Below, one piece after another: positions 59,288 to 64,000 of a DNA stretch of 64,000 nt. The stretch spans positions 1,088,001 to 1,152,000 of the forward strand of contig CAVUMN010000004.1 of assembly GCA_963742735.1 (NCBI GenBank), read 5' to 3'. The stretch is from an uncultured Actinomycetes bacterium (GTDB lineage Bacteria; Actinomycetota; UBA4738; JBBDTT01). The translations under genes were made by a program, and so were the position numbers. The notes under the pieces are model-generated. The model saw nothing but the letters and a program-made list of their open reading frames with translations. It did not search any database and was not told where the DNA came from. Every line of letters begins with the position of its first letter. Position 1 is the first letter of the stretch.

Positions 59288-59314
59288 TGAAGTCCTCCCG
59301 GTAGGATCGAGGCG

Positions 59315-60115
59315 ATGGCCGGTAGCAAAGCACATGAGGACCGATGGACGCGCGGGACCTACAGCCGCCAGGAGCTGCTCGACGCGCTCCTCGCCGAGGG
59401 CATGGCCGGCGACGTCTCCCACGACCGGACCAACGTGTGGAGCAAGGTCCAGCGCATGGTCATGGGCGATCCCGACGTGACCTTCGGCCTCTCCGGGACC
59501 ACCAAGTACGACGCGCTCGAGGTCATGGAGCTGATCGATCGGTCGATCAACTTCCTCACCGAGGCCGACTCGTGGGATGGCCCGACCGTCGTCGACCCCG
59601 AGACGATCCTCGAGAGTCTCGAGGCGATGGGGGACCGGCTCGCCCTGGCCGCCGAGCGCGGCGAGGAGGTCCTGATCGCCACCGGCCACCCGGTCGGGAT
59701 GGTCCTGCTCTACATGGAGGTCGCCCGCGAGCTGGTGAAGCGCGGCGCGAAGCTGCTGCGTCCGATCGAGGGCGTCCGGTGGCGCGAGCTCGGCCGGAAC
59801 CGCGCGATCCGCTACCTCCACGGCGTCGGCGTGCTCACCGACCGCGCCTCGAGCTACCACACGCACAGCCCCGACCCGATGCAGCGGATGCTCGAGGAGG
59901 CCACGCCCGACCTGGTCCTGGCCGACCACGGCTTCGCCGGCGCCGCCATCGAGGCCGGCGTCGAGACCGTGTGCGTGACCGACGTGAACGACCCGGCGCT
60001 GGTAGTCGCGAAGCACGAGGGCCGCACGAAGGTCGTCGTGATCATGGACGACAACGTGACGCCGGAGTCCTACTGGCCCTGCTACCAGGCCATCATCAGC
60101 CGCTTCTCCAGCTGA
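59315..60115 (+). CDS. Actinobacterial 'phosphatase' family protein
   Basis: ATGHP, HTHSP, PDLVLADHGFAGAA, DVNDPAL, DDNV. Usual neighbour of the HTH_17-bS22 locus. Confidence 0.75.
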   Translation: MAGSKAHEDRWTRGTYSRQELLDALLAEGMAGDVSHDRTNVWSKVQRMVMGDPDVTFGLSGTTKYDALEVMELIDRSINFLTEADSWDGPTVVDPETILESLEAMGDRLALAAERGEEVLIATGHPVGMVLLYMEVARELVKRGAKLLRPIEGVRWRELGRNRAIRYLHGVGVLTDRASSYHTHSPDPMQRMLEEATPDLVLADHGFAGAAIEAGVETVCVTDVNDPALVVAKHEGRTKVVVIMDDNVTPESYWPCYQAIISRFSS

Positions 60116-60138
60116 GCTCCGCGGCGTAGCCTGATGAG

Positions 60139-60474
60139 GTGATCGCCCAGGGCTTGAATCCCAGCCCGTTCGAGGACTTCAACCCGTACCCGCCGGGGTT
60201 CGAGGGGTTCTTCATCGGCGTGATGATCTTCTCGCTGGTGAACCTGGTGTTCATCATCTGGGCGGTCATCGACGCGGCGATCAAGCCCGACAGCGCGTGG
60301 CGCGACGCCGACCAGAGCAAGATCGTGTGGATCCTCGTGGCGATCTTCGTCCCGATCGCCGGATCGCTGATCTACCTCCTGGTGATCCGTCCCAAGGTGA
60401 AGGCCGCGATGCTGAACCCGCCGACGCCGCCACCGATGGGCCTCCCGTCTTCGGGGATGCCGCCCCCGCCGTAA
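60139..60474 (+). CDS. Small membrane protein (DUF2516/PLDc_N-like)
   Basis: IWAVIDAA...AWRDADQSKIVW...LIYLLVIRPKV. Confidence 0.75.
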   Translation: MIAQGLNPSPFEDFNPYPPGFEGFFIGVMIFSLVNLVFIIWAVIDAAIKPDSAWRDADQSKIVWILVAIFVPIAGSLIYLLVIRPKVKAAMLNPPTPPPMGLPSSGMPPPP

Positions 60475-60521
60475 TCCGCGCCGCGTCGTTCGTGGGGCAA
60501 GCTCCGCATGCCCACTCACGA

Positions 60522-60669
60522 AATATCGCGGCTGGGCTATATCCGGCGGTTCGGGGCTCGGTGCACGGAGAGGGCTTGGGCGGGCCTGAGCGAACCCGAG
60601 CCGGGCGTGCAGGCGGTGTCTCGCGACGCGGACCGGCCGACAGGCCGGATATAGCGGCCGTGTGATATT
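60522..60669. repeat. Dispersed REPIN-like inverted-repeat element, copy 3
   Basis: Arms AATATCGCGGCTGGGCTATATCCGGC and GCCGGATATAGCGGCCGTGTGATATT. Confidence 0.7.
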
Positions 60670-60748
60670 CCGCGAGTTGGCGTTCGGAGGGTCCCGCCCA
60701 CCCGGCGCCTATCCCGCGAAACCACGTTCCGGCTACACTCGCTTCGAA

Positions 60749-60946
60749 GTGGCCAACCAATCGTTCTCTGAGGCTCGATTCGTCACCGTGACCGAGGTCG
60801 CCGATCTCATGCGCGTCTCGAAGATGACCGTCTATCGACTGATCAAACAGGGCGACCTGCCGGCCGTTCGTATCGGCCGGGGCTATCGCATACGAGAGGG
60901 GGACGTGCACCGCTACCTGGACTCGCGCTACACCGAGGCCGGCTAG
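60749..60946 (+). CDS. Excisionase-like HTH_17 DNA-binding protein (Rv0500A-type)
   Basis: FVTVTEVADLMRVSKMTVYRLIKQGDLPAVRIGRGYRI. Confidence 0.9.
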   Translation: MANQSFSEARFVTVTEVADLMRVSKMTVYRLIKQGDLPAVRIGRGYRIREGDVHRYLDSRYTEAG

Positions 60947-61015
60947 CCAACCCACGTTCTTCGACTCACGCGTTCACGGTCCGAGCGGGCCTCCGGGGAG
61001 AGCCGGAGGACCCGG

Positions 61016-61906
61016 GTGGACAGGCACGAGGAGGTCGTCCGCAGCGTCGCCGCCCGCGAGGGCGTGGTCGCGTTGCTCGGCGGCCTCGACTCCGGCAAGA
61101 CCACGCTCGGCCGCCTGATCGGCCGCGTCGCCATCACCCACGGCAGGACCGTCGCGTTCATCGACTCCGACATCTCGCAGTCCACGGTCGGCCCGCCGTC
61201 GACGATCGGGCTGAAGCTGTGCCGCGAGCCGGTCGACTTCCAGTGGGACCGAATGTTCGAGGCCGACGTCATGTACTTCGTCGGCTCGGTCACCCCGCAG
61301 GGCCACCTGCTCTCGCTCGTCTCGGGGACGGCGAGCCTGCTCCGCCAGGCGAAAGAGCTCGGCGCCGACCTGATCATCCTGGACACGAGCGGGCTCGTCT
61401 CCGGCATGTACGGCCAGGTCCTCAAGTACCACAAGCTCGAGCTGACCCGGCCCGACATCGTGATCGGGCTCGAGCGCGGCGAGGAGCTCCAGCCGCTGTT
61501 CGGCATCGTCCAGCGCTTCTTCGCCGCCGAGATCATCTCCCTGCCGGTGCACGCCGACGTCGTGCCGACGTCGGTCGACCAGCGCGCCGAGAACCGCGAG
61601 GACTCGATGCGCCGCTACTTCGCCGAGCCCCTCCAGCGGTGGCGCGTGCGCCCGACCGTGTTCATGCCGACGCTGCCGGACCTGTTCGACCTGCACGACC
61701 TGGACCATCTGCTCGTGGGGATGGCCGACGGCAAGGGCGCGTGCGTGGGCATCGGCTACCTGGAGCACTCGGCCGGCGAGGACGTGCTGCGCCTGGTGTC
61801 CCCGGCCGCCGAGGCGCCGAAAGCACTAAAGTTGGGCTCCCTCCGCCTGGACGAGGATTTCCGCCTGAAGCGGGTCGACCTGGGAGGTCTGTTCGGCACT
61901 GAATAG
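61016..61906 (+). CDS. Clp1/Grc3/Nol9-family polynucleotide 5'-OH kinase
   Basis: GGLDSGKTT, DSDISQSTVGPP, YFVGSVTP, IILDTSGLV, QRAENRE. Confidence 0.85.
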   Translation: MDRHEEVVRSVAAREGVVALLGGLDSGKTTLGRLIGRVAITHGRTVAFIDSDISQSTVGPPSTIGLKLCREPVDFQWDRMFEADVMYFVGSVTPQGHLLSLVSGTASLLRQAKELGADLIILDTSGLVSGMYGQVLKYHKLELTRPDIVIGLERGEELQPLFGIVQRFFAAEIISLPVHADVVPTSVDQRAENREDSMRRYFAEPLQRWRVRPTVFMPTLPDLFDLHDLDHLLVGMADGKGACVGIGYLEHSAGEDVLRLVSPAAEAPKALKLGSLRLDEDFRLKRVDLGGLFGTE

Positions 61907-61919
61907 GAAGGAACGCAGT

Positions 61920-62021
61920 TTGGCCTCAGTGATCAAGAAGCGGCGCAAGAAGATGCGGAAGAAGAAGCACAAGAAGCTTCTCAAGAAGACCCGCTGGCAG
62001 CGCCGCGCCGCCGGGAAGTAG
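61920..62021 (+). CDS. 30S ribosomal protein bS22 (AURKAIP1/COX24 domain)
   Basis: TTG start. MASVIKKRRKKMRKKKHKKLLKKTRWQRRAAGK. Too short for the ORF track. Confidence 0.92.
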   Translation: MASVIKKRRKKMRKKKHKKLLKKTRWQRRAAGK

Positions 62022-62595
62022 CCCGCCGCAGCGCGAGCATCCCCGCGACCACCACCATCGAGACCCCCGCGATCGGCGCGATCGGCGCCTCCTGATCGGA
62101 CACGGGCGTTGCCGCGCGCTCGGATTCAGGCAGCGCCGGCGCAGCGGCGGAAGACGCCTCCGGAAGCGACTCCGGAAGGCCGTTCTCCTGGGCCACCATC
62201 ATCTGCGTGCGGGTGAGCTGCACCCACCCGGTGTGGTCGGGGCGCTCCTCCCACTCGATCATCCACCGCAGAAGCTTGGCGTGGCCGATCCGCAGGAGTG
62301 CTCCCTGCTCGGCGTACGGATAGAACTCCAGGCGCCAGTCGCGGACGTCGTTGCTCTGCGTCCTGAAGGTCACCTCGAACTGTGGGCCGAGCTCGCCCTC
62401 CGGCGTGATCGCCGCGGGGGCCCGTCCCGTGCTCATCAGGAACGTCCAGCCGTCGTCCATGGTCAGCTGGATCGGTTCGGTCAGGCCGGGACCGTCGATC
62501 GCGACGTCCTCGACCACGACCTTCGCCTGAGCCGGGCCCGCGAGGAATCCCACGGCCAGGAGGGTCCCCATCAGCACGATCGATGCTCGCCGCAT
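61981..62595 (-). CDS. Secreted/membrane-anchored hypothetical protein
   Basis: Signal peptide (AQA), IDGPGL motif, C-terminal TM and basic tail. Overlaps the bS22 3' end. Confidence 0.65.
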   Translation of the reverse strand: MRRASIVLMGTLLAVGFLAGPAQAKVVVEDVAIDGPGLTEPIQLTMDDGWTFLMSTGRAPAAITPEGELGPQFEVTFRTQSNDVRDWRLEFYPYAEQGALLRIGHAKLLRWMIEWEERPDHTGWVQLTRTQMMVAQENGLPESLPEASSAAAPALPESERAATPVSDQEAPIAPIAGVSMVVVAGMLALRRATSRRRGAASGSS

Positions 62596-62645
62596 GCCCC
62601 CTCTACAACGCGCGCGCCGGGCGGGTTCCAACTACGATCCCGGCC

Positions 62646-63455
62646 GTGGCGCGTCCGATCGTCTTCCTCTCCGACTACGGCCTCGATGACGAGTTCGTCG
62701 GGGTCTGCCACGGGGTCATCGCCGGGATCGCCCCCGACGTTCGCGTCCTGAACCTCACCCACGGGGTGCCCTCGCAGGACGTGCTGCGCGGGGCGGTGGT
62801 CCTGGCCCAGAACGTGCAGTTCTTCCCGGACGACAGCGTGTACCTGGCGATCGTGGATCCCGGCGTGGGGAGCGCGCGCCGAGGGCTCGCCGTGCAGACC
62901 GGCGCCGGCCCGGTCCTGATCGGCCCCGACAACGGGCTGCTCTCGCTGGCGTGGGCCGAGCTGGGGGGCGCGACGTCGGCCGTCCACCTCACCGCCGAGG
63001 ACTATCGCCTGCCCCGGGTCTCCGACACCTTCCACGGCCGCGACGTGTTCGCCCCGGCCGCCGCGCACGTCGCCGAGGGCCTGGACATCCAGAAGCTCGG
63101 CGAGCCGTATCCGATCGAGGAGCTGGTGACCCTGGCCGTCCCCGCGGCCGAGGTCAAGGAGGGCGCCCTGCACGCCGGGGTGCTCGGCATCGACCGCTAC
63201 GGGAACATCGAGCTGGCCGCGCGCGACGAGGACATGACCGCGGCCGGCTTGGCCGACGCCGGCGAGCTCTCCGGCCACGGCAACGAGACCTCGTTCATGG
63301 CCCGCCGCGTGCGCACGTTCTCCGACCTGCGCCAGGGCGAGCTCGGCGTCCTGATCGACTCCCTGGGATGGGTGGCCGTCGTCCTGAACGGGGGGAGCGC
63401 GGCCGAGGCCCTCGGCGTCGAGCCGGGCGAGCGCGTCGTCCTGTCCGCGGAATAG
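62646..63455 (+). CDS. SAM hydroxide adenosyltransferase (DUF62, chlorinase/fluorinase family)
   Basis: LSDYG, VDPGVG, GPDNGLL, TFHGRDVFAP, IDRYGN. Confidence 0.93.
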   Translation: MARPIVFLSDYGLDDEFVGVCHGVIAGIAPDVRVLNLTHGVPSQDVLRGAVVLAQNVQFFPDDSVYLAIVDPGVGSARRGLAVQTGAGPVLIGPDNGLLSLAWAELGGATSAVHLTAEDYRLPRVSDTFHGRDVFAPAAAHVAEGLDIQKLGEPYPIEELVTLAVPAAEVKEGALHAGVLGIDRYGNIELAARDEDMTAAGLADAGELSGHGNETSFMARRVRTFSDLRQGELGVLIDSLGWVAVVLNGGSAAEALGVEPGERVVLSAE

Positions 63456-63515
63456 TCCGCCGGGGCATCGGGGTAAGCTGAAAGCCGTTCCCCACCGAGT
63501 CGCAGGAGCTTTGGC

Positions 63516-64000
63516 ATGGGACAGCGGGTCCTGATCACCGGCATCTCGCGCTATCTGGGCGGCCGCCTGGCGCAGGCGCTGGAGCGCGACCCCGACGTGG
63601 AGTACATCGTCGGGGTCGACCTGGACGAGCCCTCGGTCGACCTGGAGCGCACCGAGTACGTCCGCGCCGACATCCGCAACCCGCTCGTGGTCAAGGTCCT
63701 GCAGACCACCGAGGTCGACACCGTCGTCCACCTGAACATCGTCGCCACGCCGCTGCGCGCCGGCGGGCGGATGGCGATGAAGGAGATCAACGTCATCGGC
63801 ACCATGCAGCTGTTCGCGGCGTGCCAGAAGGCGCCGTCGATCCGCAAGCTCGTCATGAAGTCGAGCACCGCGATCTACGGCGCCGGCGCCCGGGACCCCG
63901 CGCTGTTCACCGAGGAGATGGCCGCCCGGTCCGCGGCGAAGACCGGTTACGCGAAGGACGCCGCCGAGGTCGAGCAGTACGCGCGCGACTTCGGCCGCCG
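63516..64000 (+). CDS. NAD-dependent epimerase/dehydratase (Rv0501-type), 3' truncated by window edge
   Basis: VLITGISRYLG, ADIRNP, KEINVIGTMQL, KSSTAIYG. Confidence 0.88.
   Translation, partial: MGQRVLITGISRYLGGRLAQALERDPDVEYIVGVDLDEPSVDLERTEYVRADIRNPLVVKVLQTTEVDTVVHLNIVATPLRAGGRMAMKEINVIGTMQLFAACQKAPSIRKLVMKSSTAIYGAGARDPALFTEEMAARSAAKTGYAKDAAEVEQYARDFGR

Noticed and set aside
60749-60946. Excisionase as evidence of a prophage or ICE
   Set aside because: It is the conserved housekeeping-locus HTH_17 gene near bS22. No integrase or att site is seen.
62646-63455. Fluorinase or chlorinase
   Set aside because: The DUF62 hydrolase-type motifs (including FHGRD) and housekeeping context favour SAM hydroxide adenosyltransferase.

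Overview
High-GC actinobacterial chromosome segment, densely coding (about 70 CDS). No rRNA, tRNA, CRISPR array or transposase was recognised. From left to right: (i) the end of homogentisate dioxygenase and a fumarylacetoacetate-hydrolase gene; (ii) a signalling-rich block with four class III nucleotide cyclases around an aldehyde dehydrogenase, followed by a transporter-HEAT-cNMP fusion, an AcuC-type deacetylase, a methyltransferase, a GNAT and a rhodanese; (iii) accessory genes (three VOC paralogues, mug, an amino-acid dehydrogenase, a TetR with a triple operator facing three tiny membrane peptides, a 5'-3' exonuclease, zinc-ribbon membrane proteins); (iv) typA, an orphan SBP, a fifth cyclase and dcd; (v) a lower-GC island (about 42.1-45.7 kb) resembling an orphan polymorphic-toxin and immunity cassette; (vi) lon, a large membrane patatin-like protein, and a Bcp/PrxQ peroxiredoxin with an in-frame TGA at the catalytic Cys plus a SECIS-like hairpin (probable selenoprotein); (vii) the conserved actinobacterial HTH_17-bS22-epimerase locus with a Clp1-like kinase inserted. 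A dispersed REPIN-like palindromic element occurs three times. Two single-base homopolymer frameshifts suggest some sequencing error. All family calls come from motif recognition by eye, not from database searches.
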